From Guillardia theta CCMP2712 (lineage: Eukaryota > Protista > Cryptophyta), in contig NW_005434604.1 of NCBI RefSeq assembly GCF_000315625.1, positions 124,001-188,000 on the forward strand: a stretch of DNA of 64,000 nucleotides. The letters run 5' to 3'. Numbering within the stretch: the first letter of the stretch is position 1; every line of letters starts with the position of its first letter. Below the pieces are notes generated by a model, which had not been told where the DNA came from, did no database searches, and saw only the letters and a list, made by a program, of their open reading frames with translations. The translations under genes were made by a program, and so were the position numbers. Of this stretch, positions 48,839-63,908 are shown piece by piece.

Positions 48839-49399
48839 TGTTGCGATGCTGTCGGAAATCCAGGCAAGGAGATTAAAATGGATGAGGATGAAAAGAAACG
48901 CTTGAAAGGAAGAGGAGGGGGGGGGGGCGGGAGGGAAGCGGAGATAGAGGGAGGAGGTGGGTGGTTGAAGGGAAGTTCAGGAAATAGGGAGGGATGGGAA
49001 GGTGTGAGGAAGGTCGAGCTGTGCTGATATGAACGTTCACAGGAGGACATCCAAGAGCTGCAGTCTGTGCCAGAAAACGAGCATTCCCACGAGAGTTTTG
49101 AATGAAATTCATGAGAATTGCTCGTTGGAGAAAATATCTTGCATCATAGCGTATTGCTGCTCCTGTTATAGAGCATCAGAACATCTTATATCGTTACCGT
49201 GTTGTCCTCTTCTTTCTCCTGTCTCCTCTCATTGGTGCCCTATCGTAACACTCTTCCTCCTTTACACGCCACCTCGCTGTGCAAAATCTATGTGTTTTCC
49301 ACTCCCTTTCCCCTCCCCCTTCTCCCACCTTCCCTCCCCCTTCGCCTCTCGCCTCTCCTGTGCTTTCTCTTTACATACCAGAACAATCATCTGACGCGT

Positions 49400-51626
49400 T
49401 AGAAGCTCCATGGCGTCCTGAGATGAGGTCAAGCAAGGACAAGTGCAGAGGAAAGAAGGCGGGGACAGGAGGATGGAGCGAAACGAAGGGTGCGGGGCAG
49501 CAGGTAGCGATGGTACTCACTGCAAGAAGTCTCTTCTTCTCCCTCCTGTACTCAACCGCCAGCTGTTTTTCACCTGGACGGAAGTTTCACGTCACGAAGA
49601 AGAAGTTGCTGCTGGACCCTTGCTAAGCGAGCTGAGAAGAAGGGTATCCTCCTCCTCTGTGGTCTTCATGCTATGCAGCTGAAGGCGACAGACTTCTTGG
49701 ATCTTTTGGAGAACTTGACAAGCAATATCAGAGGAGGTGAAGGGGAGTGAGAGCAAGAAGGCTAAGAAGGGACGATGCAGGAGTTGGGGAGCAAAGTAGA
49801 TGAGAAGCAAAGGAGTCGTGAGTTACCGGAAGGATCTTGAGTTGGTTGCCCACTGCCTTTCCCCTAGAACATAATTTCAGGAACAAGCACAGCAAGCAGT
49901 CAACAGGAGTGGAGGTCGAAAAGTGAAAAATTGGATGGAATCACGAAGAGGTGACTTGATGGTCAGAGGTCACGGGAGAGTAGAGGCTCAGCAAGCAGAG
50001 ACAGCACTTACTTCACGAAGCAAGTCGCTAACATTCTTCGCGAAGCCTTCAGCAAAAACGTCAGAGAGTAGGCAATGGTATAAACCTGTTTACTCGCAAA
50101 ACTCTCATCCAAGAGATCTCTCGTGATGATAGGAGTGACAATCACAACATCGTCGCCTGACAATGAATCATTTCTATCTCACTGAAGGATTCAACCTCAC
50201 CTAGTCTGACATTCAGAACGGATGATAGAAACTTCTTTGAATCTGTGATAACAAAAAAATCCTGAAAAAAACAAAAACAAAAACAAAAACAAAAAAAGGG
50301 TCATCAGAAGTTCAACAAGCCGTGAGAGAATCAGTGATGAAACCTCTGGATTGTCGGGCAAGATGAATCCATAACTTAGAAGGAGCTCATGATTGCTCTT
50401 CAATCCTGCAAATGATGACACATCACGGCAAATTCATTGTTCGTAATATGTTGTACCATAACTTATCTCAACGCTCTGTCCCACTTTGAAATCTTTCTCT
50501 GGGTGCGGCATTTTAGTTCACTTCAACATTTCTTATCACCGCACCTGCTACGATCTGAAACTCTTGCTTGCTGTTATCATACTTCACGCTAGTCCCTACT
50601 TTGACATCAAAGGCAACACAGGACTTGCATGAGGAACCAGAAATCAGGGGCAGGTGATTGGCAGAATCTATCATAGGCAACAGGCAAGTCACATCACCGC
50701 ACCCTTCATCTGTGTGATGGTTCATTCCGCCGCATTACGGCACAAGGATCGTTGAATCACCAGAAAAGACAAGATCATCCCCTCCCGTCCTGCTGAATGC
50801 AAACGCTCGAGAAAGAACGATCTGCCGATGATGACTTCATGTCAGTATCCTTCACAAGCTGTAAATCAGACAATTGCAGGACCTCGATGGCCCACAAGAG
50901 TCGATCGTAAGTTATCCTAGGAGAGAGACCTTTCTGAATTTCATGGAACAATCGTTGAATCTTCCTCCTCCGAGTTTGAATCTGCTCTATCATGTACGGA
51001 TCTTGCAGCTCTTGGATCGCTTCTTCAGACCATGAGAAAGTACTCAGCACTTGTTTCGGCAACACGTCGAAGTAATCTCTCAGTGGCCGAGGATCTTGCT
51101 CGGCATGATCGATGGAGTATAGCAAGTAGATTGCAAGCTTTGCATATGATGGGATTGCCTGCCACATCTCTCCCGTGATGTATTCTTTACACGGACAAGT
51201 AGCAGCATCATCTATTTCCAGGATTGCTCTGCGGGGAATGGCGAGAAGCACCTCACCCCTTTTCACATCCTTCACAAGCCTCAGCTCCAATCCATTATCG
51301 CCTCCAATGATATTGATGTTTCTCTTGACTGAAAAATGCTCCATGAACCCGTCGAAATTCTTCCCTGCTGTTGATGGCACCTCGTTGAGACTGCTCATCC
51401 GAAGTGAAGGACGTGTGCGTGCAGAGAACATGGCTTGCAAGACCCCGATCAACCCCATGCGTGAGAACCCAGGGGTCCATCTCCTCCTCTCACTGCGTAG
51501 AATTCTTGGCTGGTTCAGCTGGTTTGAAAGTGCTGGATAGCACCACAAGGGCCTGCCGCATGGAGAGGCAGGAAACGGGGTACGCGGGCATCCAACAGAA
51601 TGCGAGTACATGAAAGCCAACGCCAT
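49400..51626 (-). CDS. Rubisco-LSMT/SETD3-like SET-domain protein, probably plastid-targeted (ends approximate)
   Basis: VKRGEVLLAIP, YFDVLP...WSEE, WAIE/IVLSRAF, LLPMIDSANH, SY/GLKSNHELLLSYGF, C-terminal AVEYRREKKRLL. Confidence 0.85.
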
Positions 51627-52219
51627 GTTGACAATGATATGCTCTCCTTACGCAAGATGGCTGCTCTCCTCTTTCCCTGCATCATCATCCTTAGTGAACT
51701 TTAACAAGGTCGTACGCAACATCTTTCGGCAGGTGCTCCGATCTATCAGAACCCCTCCTCTCGTTGTGACAGCACCAGCACCAAAGAATTATCTCGCCTC
51801 TCCTCCCCCTCTCTCCTTCCCTCTACTCCCCTCCTCTCTCCTCCCTCTCATCTCCTCTCATCTCCTCTCCTCTCATCTCATCTCCTTTCCTCTCCTTCCC
51901 TCCCTTCTCCTCCCCCTATATCGCGTGCGCGTCCCATCATCTCCTCCTCTATCCCCTTTTCACCGATCGCCATTGCGATCCGACCCATGGGAATCCGGTA
52001 GCCCTCATCCCCCCTCAACCCTAGGGGCGGAATTCGTTGAAATGCTTGTGGGAACTGGAGCAGGAGGGAAGGAAAAGGGCGGGGAAGCAAGCGCGATGAA
52101 GAGGCAAGTGGTCGGGATACTGACACAAGTGCAACGAAGATGCAGATGAAGGTCACGATGAAGTCCATTGGTGTCAAGTAAACCCTGGGTGGACTTGTCC
52201 CAGTCGTCCTACTCCCTCA

Positions 52220-54544
52220 ATGGAGTTTTGGAACTTTCCTGCCAGAATTTTCGTCACCGTCGTGTTGATGGTCTCTGTGGAGGTCGGCCCGTCACCGTAT
52301 GCCGAGCCAGACCAGAGATCCGCACTTGAGCTTGCGACGATCGGTAGACGCCTCTGCTACCTGCGGGGAGGCTCAGATGAGTTCTCTCGGATGGAGACCT
52401 CGAACATGTCGAGCATGGACCCGGACGCAGCGCAGCGAGTAAGTTCTGCCAACTTCGAGCCAGCATGCCATGTTGCTGATTCTCTCTGTTCAGGCTGAAA
52501 GATCTCCGCCTCTCCGACGAAGTTCACGGGGTTCCAGCAAAGGGAATAGCAAGAGGGGCCCACGCCCCCTCTCCAGGATCCTGCAGAGTGTGAGCGAACC
52601 CGAGCAGGATGGGTTTCGAACTCCCAGCCCAGACAAAAGCTCCGACATGCAGTCGTCTTCTCTCGTGCCCCAGACTCCACGAACACCCCGAACTCGCAAG
52701 ACTCCACAGACGCCCAGGACCCCCAGGACGCCCAAGACCCCCAGGACGCCCAGGACGCCCAGGTCCCAAGCTTCAAGATCTGACTTGGAGTCACAAAGTA
52801 GGACGTCATCCACTTCGAAACAAGCGCCATCAAGCACTGCAGATGCGCAGAGGAGGCTGGAACTGGAAGCAGGGCTTGCAACGGATCACGAGGAGATTGA
52901 GAATCGATACGCGTCTCAGATGGCAAGAATGCTCAAGGGTTTGAAAGAAGGTTTCAATGAGACGTGGATCATTCCTCCGGATACATTTCCGCGTGAGTTT
53001 GACAATGAGCAGGATTACATTGATCACCAGGTAAGCTGCAAACAGCGAGTATTTGATCTGCTGATATCTGCAATAGTTCAGAAACTCAGCGGAAGAAGGA
53101 AATATCTCGGCTCTCGTTTTCTGGATGAAGCAGGTTTGTGCCATCATCTGAGGCAACGGAACTCGCATCGCATTCACGGTTAGATCAAACTTCTCTTGTG
53201 CTCACCAATTTCGACCAGGGAGCTCGGATTGACGCCACTGATTGTATGAATTACACCGCACTGCAGCTTGCCACCTGTAAAACCTGACTCAACACAACTT
53301 TTACGAAAGAACGACTGACATAAGTATCAACCAGGCAACGGATATGTTGACATTGTTCGTCGGCTCTTGGATGCTGGCGCCAATCCGAAATTGAAGACTT
53401 ACTACAGCGGTGCGGGCTGTGATCGTTAAAATGATGAACTAACTCAGTTGACAGGTCGAACAGCTCTGGACATGGCAAAAATGTGGGGATTGGACGAAGA
53501 TGGGAAGATGGGGTCCCATTATGCGGAGGTGTACCTGTGTGCAGGAGCTGTTTCCGTTCTCATGGCATCCTTCCCAGATAATTGATATGCTGAGAACTGA
53601 GGAAAAAGGCACATTATCAATTTTGTCAAGTTTCTCGCAGAGTTGTTGAAACGCATGCAGTTTACGTGAGGAAAGAAGACATGAAAGAGAGCAAATCGGA
53701 GCATCAGATTGTGGATGACATGTATAATACGCTGCTGGTAACTTTGTGTCATTCACAACTGAGATCGATTGACGACTGCTTTGAAGCAATGTAGGGACGA
53801 GGTAGAAGAAGAGTGGAAGCAACAAGGCAAAGTTCCAGAATCAGACTCAAATGATCTTCTGATATTCAAGGAGGGAAGGACCAAACCTAAGGAGAAATTC
53901 AAAGTGAAGCTTGCAGTTAACCATGACCAACGTGACTGAGATGAGTGGTCAGGTGAAAGATGATACAATCATAGACCTCGGTGATGAAGAGTCAGACTTC
54001 TTCAAAGGACTCTGGTCACAAAGCTCGGAATCGACTTCTCTTCCCAAACCAGGAGACTCGGACAGCGATGAGGAGGATAAGGACAAGGTTGAGGGCAAGG
54101 ACGAGGACGAGGACGAGGACGAGGAGAAAGAGTCCAGCAGCGAATTCGAGACCTATTACCCGTCGGAGTCCTCGGGCAAGGGGACGTGGAAGTATATTGC
54201 GAGACATCCAAGGACTAGACAGAAGTGGTACTTGATGACATGAGTGTGTTTGTAAGGTCGTGATGGAGATTTACAGCAAGGAGGTGTTTGGAGAGGAGTA
54301 TTCTGACAATGTTGAAGACCTTATGGATTCTAACTCGTCAATTGCTGAAGCCGACATGGTCATTTGCCTCTGTTCTGTTTGGAGTGTCTTCTGACGTTTT
54401 GCTGTTGTGGGAGATCAGGGTGGTGGACTGTTTCCAGATGATTTGTCGATGGACTCTTCGAACCACAGCGATCCATCAGGTATGGGGGGTCCCGGCGAGC
54501 CGAGTACGCCGTCCAATGTCGACGGGTTCTCTTGGAACGTCTGA
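52220..54544 (+). CDS. Ankyrin-repeat protein with signal peptide, LRGG motif, (TPx)n repeat and acidic C-terminal region
   Basis: MEFWNFPARIFVTVVLMVSV...RRLCYLRGG, then TPRTPRTRKTPQTPRTPRTPKTPR. GARIDATDCMNYTALQLA/NGYVDIVRRLLDAGANPKLKT...RTALDMAK is ankyrin. Confidence 0.7.
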
Positions 54545-54679
54545 GTCTTCAGGGGCGAATCGGTGAACCGTGATCCGTGATCAGACGGTGCCAGTAGTAA
54601 GGCACGCCCTTAACTATCAGGCTGTAAGCTATTTGAACATGAAGTACTGTTGTCTTTTCGGTTGAACCGAGTTAGTTCA

Positions 54680-54955
54680 GCCACTGAGTGAGAACTCCCG
54701 AGTCCGGGGGAAGGAGGGGCAGTGACAGTGCCGCAGTGCTGATCCGGGCCGAGATCCAGCGGACTCAGGACCCGGACCGCCGGACTGCGCCCGGCGGGGC
54801 CCGTGCCCGGGAAGGCTGAGCCACGGGCCCCGGACAGACTTGACGGTACCGTACTATAACTCGGCCTTCGTGAGGCGGGCTCATTAGCCCCAATAAACCT
54901 GCACGGGCAAAAGGGATATTCGAGGGGGTAGGGTGGTACAGTTATAGTACCCCTC
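54680..54955. promoter_or_regulatory. GC-rich intergenic island upstream of MAP2K with GGGGGTAGGG motif
   Basis: Same composition as the other islands. AAAAGGGATAT is shared with ~19948 and GTTATAGT with ~20681. Confidence 0.4.
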
Positions 54956-55072
54956 TCAATCTAAAAAACTGAATATCAAGGGTGGGTGGAGGGTCCTCCA
55001 CCCCTCTCTATATTTCATCCCCCCTGCCGGAGATGCAACGGTCTGTAACGGCGGCGGCGGCGGCGGCGGCAA

Positions 55073-56811
55073 ATGGCGATGCTAGTCATCGGACCCTTCC
55101 AGGTAGGGTGTGAAATGAGAGGAGGAAGGAAAGTGAGCATGAGAAAGTGAAGTGATTATGACTGCTCAACCTGATGGCATGTTGATTGTGTCCAAAAGCG
55201 CCGCAATGCCAGGCTGAGGGGTTGCGAGCGTCGTTACGCTGATTGTTGCGCCCCCTACATGGTGATCTGTTGGGGGTTGAATAATCGCGTGGGATGGTGA
55301 TAGAGTATGGTTGATTGATATTTCAAGCAAGTTCTATCAAAATCAAGTGCTTTCTGTGTATATATGCATAACGGATATTGGATCCATAAAGTTTTAGGCT
55401 GGCGCCATACTTTCTCATGACCGGATTTTCGGTACAGGTCCCGACCAAGCCTAATGGGGAGTGGGATCCTTGTGGCCTTGGGACGAGTGGCATTGTAACT
55501 AAAGCCTACAATAGCGCGGACTACTCTCCTGTTGCTCTGAAAGTGATTCCTGTCACTCTCCGTGATGAGGACAGGATGTCTGTGCTCCAGCAGCTCGTTG
55601 AACTGTGAGGTACTTCTCCCGCGCAACCAAGAGTGCTGACTCGCCGTCCTTGCAGTTACAGCTCCGCTCACCCGTCCGTTGTTGCATTTTTCGGAGCGGG
55701 TAAGATCGGACGACATCGTTGAGGTGCTCCTGATGCGACACTGCTGCAGATTATTTTCCAGACAGAAGTTCTATTATTATTGCAACGGAATTCATGGATC
55801 TCTATTCACTCAAGGACATCGTTTCTCGGACTGGGCCTATTCCTGAGCATGTGTGTGGCGCTAGGTGCCTGGTTGTGCTTTTGATGAACCTTGCCGTTAG
55901 GTTGCAGGATATGCTTGCGGATTTTTGTTGGAGGGTCTACGATATTTACATAAGGCAACTTCTTCCAGTGCAAGTTATCAGATGATGACGCTCCTTATGC
56001 AGGAAAGAAAGCTCATACATAGAGATATAAAACCTTCAAATATTCTGGTGAATAGCATGGGACAGGTGCGACAGATACACTCTACTGCTGCCCGTAGAGC
56101 CTCGTGTGCCAATCGGATTCTGACGACCTCCTACAGTTTAAAGTTTCAGACTTTGGGATGTCAACACAATTGAAAAATACTCTAGATCCTGCAAACACGT
56201 GGGTTGGATCAACAACTTACATGTCGCCGGAAAGGTAGAGCATTGCAGAAGCCCCAGACCAACATTGTAACGACGTGGGAGCAGAATAGCAGGATTACAA
56301 TATGTGTACAACAGCGATATCTGGAGTCTCTCTCTCTCCTTGGTGGAGTTGAGTACGGGGAAGTTTCCATATGATTGCTCGGGAGTTGCAAAGAGGATGG
56401 AGTTGATGTTTTTGCTGGACAGGTAGGGTCATGCCCGTGGTTCCCGATCTTTGAGTGACATCCTGCTTTCTAGGGTTGTGGATGATGATCCTCCTCGGTT
56501 GCCTGAGGGTCAATTTTCACCTGAATTTTGTAGTTTCATTGCGGCGTCGCTGGTGAAACGGTAAAATCTTGACTGCATCTGAGGACCAGCCTTGATGTAA
56601 GCACAGGGTTGAAGAGCGACCGAACGCAGAGCAGTTGCTCAATCATCCCTTCGTGGCTCGCTATGCGGGAGCTGACATCTCAGACTGGCTGGCAAACACT
56701 CTGGTTGGCTCCCTTCCCTTCTTTCCTCTTCCCTCGTCGCTCACACGAGGATTGCAGGACGTTATGCAGGTTCCGCCCAGTCAGTACCAACCTCAAGGAC
56801 GAGGGCACTGA
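55073..56811 (+). CDS. Mitogen-activated protein kinase kinase (STE7/MAP2K family), multi-exon
   Basis: [49 protein letters not shown], activation loop [24 protein letters not shown]. Confidence 0.92.
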
Positions 56812-57234
56812 ACGAAAGTTATTGATCATGCCAATCCAAGAGGAATGTAATTTGTTATTGAAAGCAAGCTGAACTTACCAGCTGACAATCTGCGATGGGA
56901 CGAGACCACTTTTATCCACTTCATTCGATTTTTAAGACACTTCAAGGATTTGTCGCCCTTGGAATAAACTTAATCAATCATTGCCAGTTGATACTGGACT
57001 GGAATTCTGCATGGAATGTCCTCCCGTGGTACTACAAAACACTCGACACTGTGCCATATTATTGTGATTCAGGAATTTAATATTCAGGGACCTTCCTCTG
57101 TTCATTCTGCTAATGACCCTCAAATCCCTCCAACCCAGACAGCGATGGCTGACATGATGGTTTACATGCTGACTACCTGAACACTCAGTCCAGCAGCCTG
57201 CGTCCCCTCGCCGAGTCCGAGTGGCATCCTTGCC

Positions 57235-58289
57235 TCACAGCTTGTTGTAGCTCCGGAGCACACTGATCAGGTTGTTGAACGTTGCTTCGCAACCAGGCCA
57301 TTCCCCTATGACGTCAGACGCTGCTCAACTTTGTTACTTACACGGCACGAAGGCTCGCAGCTACACTCGCCTCTGGTCCGGACATGCTCCAAGGAGGCGT
57401 CTCTTAGACCCTTCACCCCCTCCTCCATGGCATCAAGAGGAACCTTCATCTGCCGCGTCGGGGCAGTGAGGGGCAGGTTGAGGAAGAAGATGCGAGGAGA
57501 GAGAAGGTCTTCACCTCTCTATAAAGCTTTCCCATGATCTCGGATCCCTCGTCATCCGCGATGTTTGGGTTTCCTGCGAGGGTCCCATAGCTGACAAGCT
57601 GCTGACTTGTCATCAAGGATGGGGTGACACAACCTGTCTACCTTGAGGAACGTCGAGAAGTCCCTCCAGCATGCTTCTGCTCTGATGGGAGGATACAGGC
57701 CTCCCCCAGGCTCCGTGATCCCCGGAAACTTGTCATAAACTTTTTGCCTCGCCGCTCCTGCAAGTCCATGTGAGCTTGTAGACGCCCAAGATGGGAGCGG
57801 GTGGCGGACCGATGATCGCCACTTCGTTGTCTCTCAGGACCTTCATCATGCCTGCTCTTGAGGAAGAGAACCCCCCATCAGCAAGCTCGGAATCTGTAAC
57901 GAACCTCTGCAGCATCCATCACTTCCGACATTCAGTCTTACGCTTCTGTCTTCACATCGTTCTCGAAGGCCCTGGCACACGTTTCCCCTCCAACTCTTCC
58001 TGCATAGAGGAATGGTCAACACGAACAAGCGCACGCTCAGCATCCACTCGCCTTTGGCGAAGAAAGGCCTCTCCTTGAGCTGTGAAGCTAGCACTTTGGA
58101 CGCAGGGGAGAGCTGGCACTGCACGAGGCGGAGGGATCGGCATGGAGCACGAGGAGGAGAAGAGAGCCTGACAGGTTGGTGCAGCCATGCCGAACTTCCC
58201 ACAGGAGCACTGGAGACCTTGAGGGGGGGAGGTGCTAGAAACGCGTTCGCATGCGCCCAGCACAAGCTGAGGGTCACCAAGACTTTCAT
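57235..58289 (-). CDS. Nucleus-encoded plastid-targeted allophycocyanin-like (AplA-type) phycobiliprotein, 7 exons, ~242 aa precursor
   Basis: Exons 58289-58052, 57999-57956, 57906-57810, 57757-57642, 57598-57515, 57449-57371 and 57305-57235 sum to 729 nt in frame. They give ...ENDRFVTDSEL...LRDNEVAIIGAARQKVYDKFPGITEPGGGLYPPIRAEACWRDFSTFLKLVSYG...LYREMKVPLDAMEEGVKGLRDASL...FNNLISVL. Signal peptide ends ANA|FLAP. Confidence 0.88.
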
Positions 58290-58511
58290 GGCTTCGTAAC
58301 AAAGTCTCAGAGCAAATGCCAGCTCGCCTCATGAGAAGGAAAGAGGAGTGAAAAAGACAGAGCACTAAAGTGAACTTTCTACTATGTGAATTTCTCTTCT
58401 TTTGGGGCAGCGATTCCAGGATGACATGTGGATGACATGATGGAGTTTTATTACTATTCCCTTGGCGTCGAGTCCAACGACTGCAAGACGACCGACGGTA
58501 TCCTGCGAAAC

Positions 58512-60628
<2,117 letters not shown>

Positions 60629-61654
60629 TCATCATAAGTCGTGTCCCCATTTTTCATCAACCATACTCTGTCATCTTTGTCTTTATCTGTTTTTTTGATA
60701 CGCGAACCTCCATCTGCAACCAAAATCGCATTGGCTCAACCTCCTCTGCTATACAATCCATGGCCATACATCATGCCAAACCATCATCAAGTTCTCAGCT
60801 GCATCAGTTTATTTGATCTAGTTCTTTCAAATGTCTGAACCTCAAACCACTGGTCTTCGAAAGCCCTCCTTTGTTGAATGCTAAACTTTTTTTCTTGCCA
60901 TTGCAAGGCTCCTTCTCGCTTCTTCCTGCCTCTTCTTTTCCCCTCCTCTCATGTCTTCTCTTCCTGTTCCCTGCATGTCTGCATGCCTTCCCTTGTCCAC
61001 TTCATCCACTCCCTCCGATACCGCCCCCCCTCCCTCCCTTCCTCTCCTCTGCTCCTTCCTCCTAGAGCTCTTATAACCCCTTTCTGCCCAAGATTGAATT
61101 GCTTGTTCCACTAGATGAATTGCTATGGTGTGACTTCTGCCCTTCTGAATTCTTTGCTGGACTAAGAGTACTATGCTGCAATCTGTGCCTTTCTGTTCCT
61201 CTAATAAGACTTCTGAGGCAAACCTGTTCTGTACCCTGGTCCAAATGTGGGGTGTTTTGACTGGGGGGTAGGGGTGGTCCATTGCTATTACGGGAGACTA
61301 ATGGCCGGGCTGGAATAAGAGGAGGGACAGGACATGGTAAGGAGAGGAGGAGAGTGAGGGGAAAATATGAGAGAGGAAGGATGGGATGAAATGAGGACAC
61401 GGATATGAATGTGTGGTGCTGAAGGAGGGAGGGTGTGTTTGCTGTTTCCGTGTCGCGAAAGGAATGTGGTTGTGGAAAGCCGCTAATGAAGCTCTGACTT
61501 TTATTCCCAGGCCTTTCAATCATCTCGGAGGCTGTGGTGATAAAATAAGAGCAGATAGTTCCAAAAGGCAAGTTAGCTCCTTGTGGGACGAGGAAGAAGG
61601 GCGATTGAGAAGCAGTCCAGCTGTTTCATCAACATACAATCACACACAAGCAGC

Positions 61655-63727
61655 ATGGAAGAATCAACCGCTCCCATGAGAAGCCCTGGATCGACATGCG
61701 AGACGAGATCAAGCTCTGAGAGTCGCTACTTTCGTCTTTTTTGTGCTGTTCCCATGTTGCTAGGTTGCAGCCTGTTGGCAATTTTGTTCATAGCGCATGG
61801 AGGATCGGGGGGGTTAAAGGCAGAATCAGAGTTGTTGTCCGGTATCGACGGGTACCTGATAAATAAGTACGGGGACGATGAAGATGCGTTAAAGGCATAT
61901 GGTTTCATGCCATTGGCAGCTCATCGCCGGACAACGACAACATCAGATAGATTGACAAGAGCACAGGCGCCTCCTCCAAACTCAGGTGAGGAATTCATTT
62001 TAAGAATCATCAGGGTATGAGATTCAGGAACTGAATTGAAATGTCCAGAGAACTTTGCATCCTTGCGAAAGAAGATGATGCAATCTATGCTGCACCACTA
62101 TGACAGCAGGGTGAGGGATTTTGTGCTAGGACGGATTAGCTCTCTGACTTTGCCTGTGCTCTTTGCAGGCTGAATCCAGCATGTCGAACATTGGCGACAG
62201 TGGAGGTTCGGAGAAGATGGATTTTCCTGCCGCTGACAAGGAGGTGACTGTTTGACTCTCCCATCGTTGGTGATTCAAAACTCATCCTGGTGCTGCGTCT
62301 TGAACACAGGATTCACTGTTGAGTAGCGGCAGTAAGAGCGAGAGAGCGGCAAGTTTGATGGACAACAACAAGCGATCAATGCTGCATGACAAGACTGAAG
62401 AAAGGAAGCATTCTGTTGACAAGCAACCGTCTCCCACCTGGAAAAGCCTTGCCAAGTCACTGTAAGCAAGGAATCCACACTGAAAGACTACTAACCGCAG
62501 TGGCCCTGTTAGCTACGTCAGAAAGTGGAAGCCATCGCATGAAGCAACGCATGCATCAACCAGCATCAAACAAGGAGCGTCATGGTCGGATCTTAGCGCA
62601 GAGCTCAAAAATGATATAGATCCGAACGTACGGGTATGTTGCATATTTCGACCCCAAAAAGCGTGTGTTGGCGACTTGAGCATCTTTTGCCATAAGAATT
62701 CAAATCACTGTCGCTGATTGATATCTTTTATCAGGAAGAGAGAAAGGATCTTCGAGAAGCGAAGATTCGAGCAGAAAATTACCTCAGTGAGAAGCAAGTG
62801 GATCAATCTGCATCAGGCAGAGCCCATGTCACTCAACTAAGTTTGAGAAAGAAAGCGAAAGCAAAGAATGTTGATCTCGAAGATAGCAAGTCAGAGAATC
62901 TCAAGCGGCAGATGGCGAATGAGGACAAGCTGAAAGCCAGAAAATATGTCTTGGGGATCATCGCGAAGGACGTCCCCAAGTCATTACAACTTGCCTTCAT
63001 CAATAATTTGGAAAGCAAGCGTAATGATGGACATGGGCAGTCTCTTGCAGCTCTTAACTCGCAGATGCTGAAGCTCAAAGATGAAGTTCGAAGGATGAAA
63101 GACAAGGCACAGATTCTAGAATTGCAGAGCGAGGTACAAAAGTTGGAGCGGCAGCAACATGAAGCGAGCAAGCCCGTATCAAAGATGATGACAGTTGCTG
63201 CAGCAAAGGAGGGTCTGCTGAAGAAAGTGAGATCCATTCTGCAGGCACAATTCAACACTTTGAGAGAGAACATCGAAAATGAAATCAAAACCGTCAGTGC
63301 TTCGGACATTGCGGAAATCATGAGAGAAGGAAATGCAACGTCCCCGTTTTCTGATTCCAATGAGCTTAAGAAGATTGAAGCATTGAAGGGACAGAATGCG
63401 AAGTTAACGTCACTGCCTGCACGTCAAGAAGGCGCAGATACAAGGGCCAAAAGCATTTTGACAAAGTACAAGGCCCTGGTCAAGGAGAATGCTGACTTGA
63501 AAAGTGAGATAACCTCTATCGAGATGAAGCAAAGAGATTCGAAGAATCTTCCGACCAATCAAGACGTTTACAAACTCCGGCATTTGGCCTCGAAGTACAA
63601 ATTGGAAGCGCTCAAGCTCAGGGAGAATAATAGTAAGTTATCTGCCGAAGTCTTCAATTTGCAATCTCGGCAGAATACTCCATCAGCGGCAGCATTAGCG
63701 GCTCAAAAGGATGGCAAGCGCAAGTAA
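61655..63727 (+). CDS. Single-pass membrane protein with a long coiled-coil region, multi-exon
   Basis: TM segment LFCAVPMLLGCSLLAILFIA. The 309-aa terminal exon has a heptad-rich K/E/L composition. Confidence 0.65.
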
Positions 63728-63908
63728 ACTGAAAGGCAGGGAGCGATGAATTCAATTGAAATGATCGCGGTGGCCTGGATATCTTCTTTCTTCTTTCTTC
63801 TTTCTTCTCTCTATCTCAAGCTTTCATAGATCCTTTTTAAGCTACTAAGGCTGATCTCTTGTTGTACTATCCTGACACCAAAATACTTCAATCAAAATGA
63901 CAGTAAAC

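Noticed and set aside
38313-51626. SMYD, ASH2L and LSMT-like SET genes within 13 kb as a chromatin gene cluster
   Set aside because: They belong to different pathways and probably different compartments, and SET genes are numerous. Chance proximity is sufficient.
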